Of a stretch of DNA of 37,410 nt, positions 1 through 8,668 are shown one piece after another. A model generated the notes under the pieces. It did not search any database and was not told where the DNA came from. It was given only the letters and a program-made list of their open reading frames with translations. Source of the stretch: a virus. A program made the translations under genes and the position numbers. Positions within the stretch are counted from its first letter, which is position 1; each line of letters starts with the position of its first letter. Location: UHGV virus genome UHGV-1374559; one strand, 5' to 3'.

Positions 1-632
1 ATTATGTTCATTCTTACTTTGAATCACCAGAAATTCATGAAGCATTTAAAGAAGAAAATAAAAGCAAGATGTTCTCTTCAAGAAAACCGTATGGCCTACT
101 GAAAGATTTCCAAATTGCAGAGCAGATGATTGAAAGATTAAAACAAGAAGAAGCCTTTTTAAATATTTATCAAGGAGAAAAAGAAGTGATCGTCACAGGT
201 GAAATTGGCGGTGTAGTGTGGAAAGGGAAAATTGATTGTTTGAATTTAGAAGAAAAGTATTTTGTAGATATCAAAACAACTAAAGATATGCACGAGAAGA
301 AATGGGATGAACGTTTAAACAGAAAAGCAAACTTTATTGAACGCTTCGGTTACGTGTTGCAAATGGCTGTTTATTGCGAACTACTTCGACAACAATATGA
401 CAAAAATTTTCTTCCTCTCATTGCAGCTATTTCAAAACAAACACCTAGTGAAGCAAAACTCATCACTCTTAGTGAAGAAAAGATGATTTATGAGTTAGAA
501 GAATTAAAAGAAAACATCGAGCATGTTGTGCGAGTTAAAAATGGTGAGGAAGCACCAGTTAGTTGTGGAACTTGTGAATACTGTAGAGGACACAACAAAA
601 TTACAAATTTTACCAGTATGGACGATTTATAG
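1..632 (+). CDS. PD-(D/E)XK family nuclease, C-terminal part (5' truncated at window edge; continues from 37227..37410 if the sequence is circular)
   Basis: ORF is open from position 3 with no upstream stop. Motif VDIKTTK fits the (D/E)xK motif. C-terminal Cys cluster CGTCEYC is Cas4/phage exonuclease-like. Lies next to recT in the wrapped genome order. Confidence 0.6.
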   Translation, partial: YVHSYFESPEIHEAFKEENKSKMFSSRKPYGLLKDFQIAEQMIERLKQEEAFLNIYQGEKEVIVTGEIGGVVWKGKIDCLNLEEKYFVDIKTTKDMHEKKWDERLNRKANFIERFGYVLQMAVYCELLRQQYDKNFLPLIAAISKQTPSEAKLITLSEEKMIYELEELKENIEHVVRVKNGEEAPVSCGTCEYCRGHNKITNFTSMDDL

Positions 633-646
633 GAGGTGCATAACGA

Positions 647-1426
647 ATGAATACTGGATATATAAAATTGTATCGAAAAGTGACCAATTCATTCGTTTGG
701 ACCAACGCTAATATGTTTAAACTTTGGTCTTTATGTTTAATGAAGGCGAGCCATAAAGAAAGTAGATTTATTTTTAATGGTCAAGAGATAGCTGTGTCCA
801 GCGGTCAATTCGTCACAGGGCGCGCCGTTATTGAGAAAGAGTTCAATGAAGGTGTTCCACGTGACCAACAGATTGTCGGGCGTACGTTATGGAGATGGTT
901 AAAAAAATTTGAAAACGAGCAAATGTTGTCCATCTCATCAACCCCGAAATACAGCGTTATAACAATAAATAATTGGGATGACTATCAAGTCAATGACCAA
1001 CAAGTGTCCAACAACCGTCCAACAAGTGTCCAACAGTTGTCCACATACAAGAATGAAAAGAATGATAAGAATGAAAAGAATATTAATAATAACAATAAAG
1101 GGTCGTCCATTCGTTCAATTTGGGAAAATAACGGATTTGGATTGATGTCGTCTAAAACCATGACTGATTTTGATTATTGGATTTCTGATTTTGAAAAAAT
1201 CGGAGCTAGTCAAAAAGATGCTGAACAATTAATTGTTAAAGCTATTGAAATTGCTATTGATGCAAACGCAAGAAATTATAACTATATCAATGCCATATTG
1301 AAAGATTGGGAACAAAGAGGATTCAAATCTGTTGAGGAACGAGAAGCGGCAAGGAAGCAAAAGAAAACAACCAAACAACAGAAATCAAACACAGGTCATT
1401 CGGATTACGATGATCTTGGATTTTAG
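647..1426 (+). CDS. phage replisome organizer / DnaD-domain replication initiator
   Basis: RBS GGAGG upstream. N-terminal winged-helix rep-organizer-like region, low-complexity linker, C-terminal DnaD-like helical domain (…NYINAILKDWEQRG…). Confidence 0.65.
   Translation: MNTGYIKLYRKVTNSFVWTNANMFKLWSLCLMKASHKESRFIFNGQEIAVSSGQFVTGRAVIEKEFNEGVPRDQQIVGRTLWRWLKKFENEQMLSISSTPKYSVITINNWDDYQVNDQQVSNNRPTSVQQLSTYKNEKNDKNEKNINNNNKGSSIRSIWENNGFGLMSSKTMTDFDYWISDFEKIGASQKDAEQLIVKAIEIAIDANARNYNYINAILKDWEQRGFKSVEEREAARKQKKTTKQQKSNTGHSDYDDLGF
1003..1086. repeat. iteron-like direct repeats (putative phage ori): four 11-bp units (AGTGTCCAACA type, starts 1003/1014/1025/1036) followed by four 9-bp units GAATGA(A/T)AA (1051..1086)
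   Basis: Counted directly: GTCCAACA cores at 1006, 1017, 1028, 1039 (exact 11-bp phase), then GAATGAAAA / GAATGATAA / GAATGAAAA / GAATATTAA at 9-bp phase. Lies in the linker of the replisome organizer gene. Confidence 0.55.
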
Positions 1427-1437
1427 GAAGTGAAAGA

Positions 1438-2277
1438 ATGCAGTCAGCATCAGATGGATTTTCAAAAATGATTAAAACGTTGCTTTATATCACGCCTGAT
1501 CCATGTCCAGAGTGCAATGGAAATCTTTATGCTTGGCGTGCAAAAAACAAGGATGGGTCCGATAGATGTCCGCCAACTTGCATGGAATGTGGATATAAAG
1601 CACGCAAAAAAGCCGAAGATCTCGAAACAGAGAAAATGTTTAACGATAGTTTGAAAGCTAGAGCGATTAATTACCTGAAATATAGCTCGCTTTATACCGA
1701 CAAAAATTTAATTAATTGTCGTTTTAAAACATACAAAACAGTAGACACAGAAACCAAGCTTGCTTTTGAAATTGCCAATCGAGCCACAACTGAAATTCTT
1801 TTGAATAAACCAATTCATATGATTCTTTCAGGAAAAAGCGGTGTTGGTAAAAGTCATTTAGCTATGTCAACGGCTTGGGAAGTGTTGGAGAAATCAAACT
1901 ATGATAAACGCTGCTTATTTATTAGCTATGCGGAACTCTTAGAACAACTAAAATTTGCGATGAAAGATGAACAAGCCAGAAAGACAATAACAGGAACCTT
2001 AATGGCAGAGATAAAAAGCGCTGATTTAGTTGTTTTGGACGACTTAGGGGCCGAGTTAGGCGTTAAAGGGAATGACAGTACCAACTTTAACAATGACACC
2101 TTAAATCGCATTGTAGAAGCTCGGCAGAATAAAGCAACAGTATTTACAACCAATTTAACTGGTAAAGAAATGAGTCAAGCTTATGGTGAGAGAATTCTTT
2201 CTCGTATCATGAGTAATTCACAAGGTTTTGTGATGAAAATTGAAGGGACATCAGACAAACGAGTAGCAGGCATCTGA
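1438..2277 (+). CDS. DnaC/IstB-like AAA+ helicase loader with N-terminal zinc-ribbon
   Basis: Walker A GKSGVGKSHLAM and Walker B VVLDDLGAE. N-terminal CPEC…C…C. Immediately follows the replisome organizer. Confidence 0.7.
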   Translation: MQSASDGFSKMIKTLLYITPDPCPECNGNLYAWRAKNKDGSDRCPPTCMECGYKARKKAEDLETEKMFNDSLKARAINYLKYSSLYTDKNLINCRFKTYKTVDTETKLAFEIANRATTEILLNKPIHMILSGKSGVGKSHLAMSTAWEVLEKSNYDKRCLFISYAELLEQLKFAMKDEQARKTITGTLMAEIKSADLVVLDDLGAELGVKGNDSTNFNNDTLNRIVEARQNKATVFTTNLTGKEMSQAYGERILSRIMSNSQGFVMKIEGTSDKRVAGI

Positions 2278-2414
2278 AATGTTATTTTTAGCGAATATAT
2301 TCAGCGTAGGACAGTTTTACAATCAAGCGAATATAAATAGGCGTAAAGAAAGAAAAACGGCTTAAAACGCATTTTAAAGCCTTAAAAAAAATCGATAGAA
2401 AGGGGAATCATTCA

Positions 2415-2684
2415 ATGCCGTATGTAGTGAAAATTTCAGCCTATCTTGGCAAAGATGGTCGACCAGTAGCCAATTTAAAAGATGCTGTGCTATTTGAGCA
2501 AAAAGAGATAGCAGCTATTGCAACAATCGTATCTGGCGGAACTGTTTCAGAAGTAAAGGAAGCCATCATAATGCCAGAAAAACCGAATAGGTATACAGCA
2601 AAATCTACCAAAGTAGATTTTAAAAAGGAACCAATTGAAAAAGCAACCAAAAGTAATCAAGCCTGGATGAAAGGGGCTAAATAA
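2415..2684 (+). CDS. hypothetical phage protein
   Basis: ORF with RBS AAAGGGGAAT upstream. No recognisable motifs. Confidence 0.4.
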   Translation: MPYVVKISAYLGKDGRPVANLKDAVLFEQKEIAAIATIVSGGTVSEVKEAIIMPEKPNRYTAKSTKVDFKKEPIEKATKSNQAWMKGAK

Positions 2685-2687
2685 GAA

Positions 2688-2858
2688 TGAAGTGTGTTAG
2701 ATGTCAAGATCAGCGTGTGATTTGGGGAAAAGACAGATTTAATTATGCAACGCTCGTTCCATGTCCTGAATGCAACAAAGATGGAAAAGCAGTTCGAGCG
2801 GAAACTGCGACCAAGGAAAGGGAGTTAAAACAATGCAATCACCAACAGCCCTGAATAA
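2688..2858 (+). CDS. small zinc-ribbon protein (56 aa; CxxC…CxxC)
   Basis: ATG at 2688 preceded by AAAGGGG. Two CxxC pairs (CVRC, CPEC). Shorter than the ORF-track cutoff. Its 3' end overlaps the next gene's start in another frame. Confidence 0.35.
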
Positions 2859-3297
2859 GCGAGGAAATAAAGTCACGATTGATGGTTACACATTTGATAG
2901 CCAGAAGGAAGCTAACTTTTATACAAAGTTTGTCAAAAATTGTGGGTTACCTTTTGAGGTACACCCAAGATTTACAATACACGAGAAGTGCGAAATACCA
3001 GGAGGTAACATTTCGAGCATTGCCTATTCGCCAGATTTTATCATCAAGGACCACGATGGCAATTGGCTACATGTAATCGATATAAAAAATAGTTTTGGAG
3101 CCTATGGCATTGATCAATCAAATAAGCTTAGATTTAGACTGTTTGCCATGAAATATGGTCATCCAGTCGAGGCGGTTGTTATTAGATCAAATGATTTTAA
3201 AGTCATTACACAAGGCGTAACTAAGCCGCTTAATGAGAAAAAACCATTTATAACCGATAATTTCGATTACGAATGGAAAGATGCAACTAATTATTAA
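2833..3297 (+). CDS. DUF1064-family protein (YqaN-like putative Holliday-junction resolvase)
   Basis: Start moved to ATG 2833 (RBS AAGGGAG upstream). Motif TIDGYTFDSQKEANFY is characteristic of DUF1064/YqaN-like phage proteins (from memory). Confidence 0.5.
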   Translation: MQSPTALNKRGNKVTIDGYTFDSQKEANFYTKFVKNCGLPFEVHPRFTIHEKCEIPGGNISSIAYSPDFIIKDHDGNWLHVIDIKNSFGAYGIDQSNKLRFRLFAMKYGHPVEAVVIRSNDFKVITQGVTKPLNEKKPFITDNFDYEWKDATNY

Positions 3298-3316
3298 AAG
3301 AAAGTAGGAAAATAAA

Positions 3317-3922
3317 ATGACAAAACAAGTAAATTTTAGACCAGAAGTGAAAAAAGTGACATCTAAATCAAACGGAAATATCGAAGTGCTATTAGTGGTT
3401 AGCAACGCTTCATTAAAAGGAAAATATGAAAGTTTAAACGAATTTTTAGGCAAAACAGTATCAACGACCATTGAGCCAGAAACAGTAGAATACAAGGTAC
3501 CAGTTAACAAGCAGACCAATAAGCCGAATGTCGAATATGTTGTAAATAACGACGGGACAGTTGAAGTTCTAAAAGAAGAACAAACTTCTTTAGAAATGGG
3601 CGATGATGTGCAAGAAGTCGAAGAAGTTGCTGTGCAAGTATCGAAAGAAACCATTGACGAATTCATAAAGAAAGCAACGACTATCGAATGGCCAGAATCA
3701 GTAACAATCAACGTTCGTGGCGTATTGCATCGAATAGATGAAGGGGAAGCGCTAGAAGAAATTGCGTCTGATCATGATGTTTCAGTTGAAAATCTAATCA
3801 ACCAAGTTGAACTTGCACGCCAACATTTTGCACCGTTTGCAGATTCTTGGAGCAAAAACAAAGAGAACATCATTTTCCCTGAAAAGACAGTTGAAGATGA
3901 TGAAGAAGAAATCGAAGAATAA
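3317..3922 (+). CDS. hypothetical acidic phage protein
   Basis: ORF with a very acidic C-terminus (EDDEEEIEE). No motifs recognised. Confidence 0.45.
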   Translation: MTKQVNFRPEVKKVTSKSNGNIEVLLVVSNASLKGKYESLNEFLGKTVSTTIEPETVEYKVPVNKQTNKPNVEYVVNNDGTVEVLKEEQTSLEMGDDVQEVEEVAVQVSKETIDEFIKKATTIEWPESVTINVRGVLHRIDEGEALEEIASDHDVSVENLINQVELARQHFAPFADSWSKNKENIIFPEKTVEDDEEEIEE

Positions 3923-3937
3923 TCTCGTAGAAAGTGA

Positions 3938-4144
3938 GTGTTCATTTTGCTGGAGATTTATTATACGCCAACATCCGCAATAATTGCGGATGCATTGGCT
4001 AAAACATATGAAGTCGTTTCTTTAGACAAAGCTAGAAATATTGCCAAGAAATTTAAGGCTAGTTTAAAGCAGAAAACGGATCTTTATGTGATTGAGGGAA
4101 TTTTAATTGATGCTGGTTATAAAAAAGAGCCAGTGAATTTGTGA
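3938..4144 (+). CDS. hypothetical small protein (GTG start)
   Basis: ORF with RBS GAAAGTGAG. No motifs recognised. Confidence 0.35.
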   Translation: MFILLEIYYTPTSAIIADALAKTYEVVSLDKARNIAKKFKASLKQKTDLYVIEGILIDAGYKKEPVNL

Positions 4145-4315
4145 GAAAGGAATGGAGGATTTGGTCTACCACAAAGAATTCTTTACTCCTTTGAAATTAT
4201 GAAACTAACAACAGAAAAAATAAAAGGATTGTCTCGGATGGAAACACATAAATAATACAGGAATACAAAATTTTAGCCAATAGAAATAACCAAGCGACCA
4301 TTAATTGGAAGATAA

Positions 4316-4594
4316 TTAAGTTTTAAGAGACTTAAACCAGTTCCTGATAATATCTATAATTAATCCCAGAGAAAAATATGAAATAAAATGAATTAAAGAT
4401 GAACTAAACATTCTTACAGAATAAGGTTGATTCATATAAAATTCATCTAACTTAGGGGATTTGATAAGCAGATTCGTGCCTATAAAATCTGTAATAGCAA
4501 ATAGGAATCCCTTATTGTCATAACCACTAACCCAAGTAGTTATAACGATAAGACTGAACAAGCTTAATAGAATAGTGAATAAATACTTTTTCAT
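4316..4594 (-). CDS. small membrane protein (two predicted TM segments), reverse-oriented moron-like gene
   Basis: Strong RBS AAGGAG 8 nt upstream of the minus-strand ATG. Hydrophobic N- and C-terminal segments. Opposite orientation to all flanking genes. Confidence 0.5.
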   Translation of the reverse strand: MKKYLFTILLSLFSLIVITTWVSGYDNKGFLFAITDFIGTNLLIKSPKLDEFYMNQPYSVRMFSSSLIHFISYFSLGLIIDIIRNWFKSLKT

Positions 4595-4660
4595 TTCACA
4601 GGCTCCTTACAAATTCCGTTAATTATTCTAGAGAGATACATTTATAGTATATGGAAATGG

Positions 4661-4685
4661 AATTTAAGACAACAAAAAAGCCGGA
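4661..4685 (-). terminator. hairpin GCCGGA-ttcc-TCCGGC followed by a U-run on the minus strand
   Basis: Stem 4670-4675 / 4680-4685. The A5 run 4665-4669 on the plus strand is a T-run on the minus strand. Confidence 0.4.
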
Positions 4686-4748
4686 TTCCTCCGGCTGTTG
4701 GTAATATTCTCGACACGAATATTATACCATAAACGGGGGAATCAAAGA

Positions 4749-5216
4749 ATGGTACTTTTTGACGTAAAGAAATATGAAACACCAGATGCAAAGGATGTAG
4801 ACATGGAACAAACGAAACATAACGTCAGTGTATTCTTGTCTGCGTACCTTGCTGCTAGATGTCGTGTTGGCCAGCCGAGGGAACCAAAAGTAACAGCTTC
4901 ATTCTCTTTGGTTCCACCATCAACGGCCAATAACGTTTTCGAAGCCGAACAAATGTTAATCCAGAAAGAAGAAGCACAAGAAGAGTTTGATTATCTTCAT
5001 AAGCTTTTTGTTAGAGGTTATTCTGCGATTCAGCATCCGCACAAACCAGATGTTACCGAGCGAAGAAAGAGAATCTTCTATGACCGTTATATCAACGGCA
5101 ATCCGATCTATCTAGCAGCGCAACGGAATTGCATCAGCGAAGAATCAGTGAAACAAGAATCTAATATGATTATTGTTCAATTTGCTTCGGCACTGGAACT
5201 GGTTGCTTTTAAGTAG
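4749..5216 (+). CDS. ArpU-family phage late transcriptional regulator
   Basis: Start moved to ATG 4749 (RBS GGGGGA upstream). Motif …VFLSAYLAARCRVGQP… and the position just upstream of the packaging module are typical of ArpU-like regulators in Firmicute siphoviruses. Confidence 0.55.
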   Translation: MVLFDVKKYETPDAKDVDMEQTKHNVSVFLSAYLAARCRVGQPREPKVTASFSLVPPSTANNVFEAEQMLIQKEEAQEEFDYLHKLFVRGYSAIQHPHKPDVTERRKRIFYDRYINGNPIYLAAQRNCISEESVKQESNMIIVQFASALELVAFK

Positions 5217-5517
5217 CCATTTATTACACTTTTTATACTTCTTTTATACACTTTATCTACACTTCATATACCTTTGAAACGGGTTATTATGATAGTGTCA
5301 AAAAAATAAGAAATGCGACACACTTACACAAATACATTAACGGAACGATTGCCTACTTATTTTTTTGATTTGAGATTACAAGGAAGTAAAAAAATTCTAC
5401 TTTCTTCGTTTAGTCACTTGTGATCTCATTTAGATTCTCTCGCAAACCACCAATTATAAAACTAAAGAAGTGAGGTGAATTTCCTCTCTCTTTTTTCTAC
5501 AGGTTTGCGAGAGTTAA

Positions 5518-5589
5518 TGGAGCATAGCTTAATCGGTAGAGCAGCGATCTCCAAAACCGTTAGTATAGGTTCGAGTCCTATTGTTCCAG
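5518..5589 (+). tRNA. tRNA-Trp (CCA anticodon)-like gene, no encoded CCA end, one A·C mismatch in the anticodon stem
   Basis: Folded by hand: acceptor TGGAGCA/TGTTCCA; D-arm GCTT-AATCGGTA-GAGC; anticodon arm GCGAT-CTCCAAA-ACCGT; variable loop TAGT; T-arm ATAGG-TTCGAGT-CCTAT; discriminator G. Closely parallels Bacillus-type tRNA-Trp. Confidence 0.5.
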
Positions 5590-5770
5590 TAAGTGGCATA
5601 AGCTACTTAAATAAAAAATCGTCAATAAGTCAAATGTAACTACCTTTACGATCAGATGACGGTTAAGATTTTCTTTCCTATCCTAGACTCCGCGTAAGAG
5701 TGCAGTCTTTTTCTTATTCTTTTTTTCAAAAATCTATAGTATTATAGAGAAAAAAAGAATGAGGTTATAC

Positions 5771-6952
5771 ATGATGAATATACAATACATTGGATTCAAT
5801 GAAGAAAATTTCGCAAGTGATATTATTACTTGTTCATCTATCCTAAGTCCAAAAGATTTTGATGATTATGATTTAAACTTTATAGATTTGGATAGTGAAG
5901 AATTATGGTCTGTACTAGAAAATAGCTTCTATCAATACGGAACGAAATATGCTAACGATTTTGTAACAATTCGCAAATTGATAGATAACTCTAAACAGAA
6001 TTTAGTAATTTCATTACCTAAGAATCAAATCTATCAATACGGATTAAAAGATTATCTTGAAAAAGTTCATAAGGGCATCGATTTATTATCTGGTATTACT
6101 ATTGAGCTAATGTATGGTGCAACTCAAACTAAGGTCAATAAAGGAACACTTAGCTCTGATTTTACAATTATGAATGATTCGACTTATTATAGCACGTTAA
6201 CCCAATCTATTAGGAGTAAAAAAGCTACTACAATAAACAGTGGTAATATCTTCGTGACAACACTAAGCATAAACAATTCAAAAGAACTAATGGATTTTTT
6301 AACTGAATTAAGATTAATCAAAAGTAAAACTGAAGAGATCCCAGAATGGATGGGGGAGGTTAAGATGTTCGATGACGTTAAACAGCTTGAAACTATTCAA
6401 ATGACAAAACAAGAAATATCTGATCTTGAAGATAGAATAGAGAAGGCTGAAACACAATTGAATGAGAATAAACGGATGAAATCTATTTTATATACTCAGT
6501 CTGATGAATTGGTTGAAGTTGTTTTTGAAATATTCAAAGAAATGCTAAATGTTGATTTATCAAGATTTGAAGATAAGAAAAAAGAAGATATTTCATTTTC
6601 TATAGGGAATAATGTTTTTATTGGAGAGATAAAAGGTAAAACAAGCAATGTAAAAACGTCTTTTTTATCTCAATTAGATAATCATTTCACGAATTTTATA
6701 GAAGACCATCCAGAAATCCCGGAAGAAAATATCTATAAATTGTTAATTATTAATCATCAAAGGAATAAAGCATTAAGCGAAAGAGATCCGGTGGATCAAA
6801 AACAGATTGATATTGCTAAAGGGAAATATGGCTCTCTTATTATAGAAACAAGTGAACTATTAAAATTATTAGAAAAGTATAGGGAAAATAATCTTTCTAG
6901 GGAAACAATTGCTGAATTGATTACGCAAAAAGGATTATTGAAAGTGGAATAA
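5771..6952 (+). CDS. standalone coiled-coil protein with C-terminal PD-(D/E)XK-like motif (candidate defence nuclease; moron)
   Basis: RBS GAGG 6 nt before ATG 5771. AT-rich. Central heptad-like region (…QEISDLEDRIEKAETQLNENKRMK…). C-terminus has D(ISFSIGNNVFIG)EIKGK then QLDNH, matching D…ExK…Q. Own terminator at 7006..7036. Confidence 0.45.
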   Translation: MMNIQYIGFNEENFASDIITCSSILSPKDFDDYDLNFIDLDSEELWSVLENSFYQYGTKYANDFVTIRKLIDNSKQNLVISLPKNQIYQYGLKDYLEKVHKGIDLLSGITIELMYGATQTKVNKGTLSSDFTIMNDSTYYSTLTQSIRSKKATTINSGNIFVTTLSINNSKELMDFLTELRLIKSKTEEIPEWMGEVKMFDDVKQLETIQMTKQEISDLEDRIEKAETQLNENKRMKSILYTQSDELVEVVFEIFKEMLNVDLSRFEDKKKEDISFSIGNNVFIGEIKGKTSNVKTSFLSQLDNHFTNFIEDHPEIPEENIYKLLIINHQRNKALSERDPVDQKQIDIAKGKYGSLIIETSELLKLLEKYRENNLSRETIAELITQKGLLKVE

Positions 6953-7005
6953 TACAGACGTGAAATCAAACATTGTTTTACAATAATGATTACACCTATG
7001 TACAA

Positions 7006-7036
7006 AAAGATCACACATTCTAGTGATCTTTTTTTG
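7006..7036 (+). terminator. rho-independent terminator (AAAGATCAC-loop-GTGATCTTT + T-run)
   Basis: 9-bp perfect stem 7006-7014 / 7023-7031 followed by TTTTTT. Confidence 0.7.
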
Positions 7037-7192
7037 TATATAAAAAAACACTAGAAATGGGAACTATTGGCTAGGTAGCATTCGTGCAAAAATTGTTGGT
7101 TGCTACTTACAAAAAGAATCTTCTACCCATAAATAGTATAGCAAAAAGTAATTTGCTGAATAAAATACATAAAAACAATTAGGAGAGAGAGT

Positions 7193-7414
7193 ATGAAAAA
7201 TTATTTGTTTGTATCGTTAACACGTAAATATCCGCCACCGAACCACTCGCTCGATGCATCACGTGTTGTAATATCTGTGAGAATAAAGAAGAATGCATCC
7301 ATTGTCGAAACGATGAGAGAATCTACAACAAAAGAGATTGATGCGGCCTATTACGGCGTCGGTTGTTGGGAAGATAAACATATACAAGAGAATATAAAGA
7401 AGTACGTGAGGTGA
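7193..7414 (+). CDS. hypothetical phage protein
   Basis: RBS AGGAGAGAG upstream. No motifs. Confidence 0.4.
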   Translation: MKNYLFVSLTRKYPPPNHSLDASRVVISVRIKKNASIVETMRESTTKEIDAAYYGVGCWEDKHIQENIKKYVR

Positions 7415-7420
7415 TAACAA

Positions 7421-7735
7421 ATGAGTAAAAAAGAACAGATTAAAAAACAGCAGGCACAGTTCTTAGAGATCATGAAGAAGGTTCGTGAGGAGAAAGATAT
7501 AGATGCGCTTGCAGAATTGTTTATTGAAATCATTTCGGTATATGGGCTGAAGATGGATGAGACATCAGCATTACTTTATTACGTTCAGAAAGAAACACTT
7601 GAAGCAGATCACAATGCACAGTTCTTAAAAGAACGATTGAAACTTGATGTTAAGTCGCTAGGTATTGAAGGTGTGCTGCAAGTACAACGTGCGTTGGTTA
7701 ACACTTACCTTTCTAATATTGCCAACAATGATTGA
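7421..7735 (+). CDS. hypothetical phage protein
   Basis: RBS GAGGTGA upstream. No motifs. Confidence 0.45.
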   Translation: MSKKEQIKKQQAQFLEIMKKVREEKDIDALAELFIEIISVYGLKMDETSALLYYVQKETLEADHNAQFLKERLKLDVKSLGIEGVLQVQRALVNTYLSNIANND

Positions 7736-8039
7736 TGTATCATCCAAACAAGCACGAGCAAAGTTCTATGGCTCATCAGAGTGGAGAAGATTAAGACAGC
7801 AATGTTTAGAGCGTGATCATTACGAATGCCAGTGGTGCAAACAAGAAGGTAAGTTAACAACCCAGTATGATTCTATTCTTGAAGTGGATCACATTAAAGA
7901 GTTGGAACATTATCCGCAGCATGCCTTGAATATAGACAACCTAAGAACATTGTGCAAGGACTGTCATAATAAACGGCACGGTAGATTTAACTATAGAGAA
8001 TCGAAAAGAAAAAGAAAGTGGGATGATGAATGGTGGTAG
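7728..8039 (+). CDS. HNH endonuclease (terminase-associated)
   Basis: Start moved to in-frame ATG 7728. Motifs …CQWCK…EVDHI…CKDCHNKRHG…. Position immediately upstream of terS/terL as in cos-type siphoviruses. Confidence 0.7.
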   Translation: MIDVSSKQARAKFYGSSEWRRLRQQCLERDHYECQWCKQEGKLTTQYDSILEVDHIKELEHYPQHALNIDNLRTLCKDCHNKRHGRFNYRESKRKRKWDDEWW

Positions 8040-8356
8040 AGGACAGTTTCAAATCGTTTGATAAAGTAAGTTTTGATTTGTCGAATCAATCAGATGCAAC
8101 TAGTTATTTCGTAACGATTCTTATTCCTGAGGGTTACTTAAACGAATTCGTTAGCGTTTATAGTGAAAATAATCCATTGAAAGAACATTTTGGAGTCGTG
8201 GGAGAAACACAGCTTAAAACTAAAGAAAGTGGTGGACAGCATACCCCCCATCGAAATATTTTGCCCTAAAGTGGGGACTGCGGGAACCGGTGGATGGGGT
8301 CAACTGTCTAAAAATATACGTTAAATTTTTTTATAGGGGGGTGATTGCTATTGAAA

Positions 8357-8668
8357 ATGGCAGATTTGAAAAAACAGTTGATGAGTCAAATTGACGAAAA
8401 CGATCAACTAGAAGTTGAAAAAGTCGAGAGATATCTTGATTTAGTAAAGCTTTATAAAAAAATGAATTCGTCTATTTCTAAGTATGGAACGATTGTAGAG
8501 TTTGAAAACGGAGCGCAGAAATACTTAAAAATCAATCCAGCAATCGCCGAAAAAGTTAAAATTTCACGTGCATTGATTGCTTTAGGAAAAGACCTTAACT
8601 TAGATGAATCAACAAAAATAGTGACTAGCGTTGATGATGATAATTATAGCGAGAGTGACTTAGTATGA
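8357..8668 (+). CDS. terS: terminase small subunit (P27-family-like)
   Basis: ATG 8357 with GGGGGGTGA RBS. About 100 aa. ATGA overlap with terL start. Confidence 0.55.
   Translation: MADLKKQLMSQIDENDQLEVEKVERYLDLVKLYKKMNSSISKYGTIVEFENGAQKYLKINPAIAEKVKISRALIALGKDLNLDESTKIVTSVDDDNYSESDLV

Noticed and set aside
3187-3711. 174-aa minus-strand ORF overlapping DUF1064 and the acidic protein genes
   Set aside because: Antisense to two RBS-supported forward genes. No RBS. Cys/Ser/Thr-rich low-complexity translation.
5438-5512. Inverted repeat TCTCTCGCAAACC … GGTTTGCGAGAG flanking a weak hairpin + T-run just upstream of the tRNA-Trp-like gene
   Set aside because: It could be a leader or processing structure, or a terminator for arpU. 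The stems are imperfect and distances are atypical. Not confident enough to annotate.
8030-8269. 79-aa plus-strand ORF after the HNH gene
   Set aside because: Overlaps the HNH 3' end and has no RBS. The region is better explained as the non-coding cos/packaging interval.
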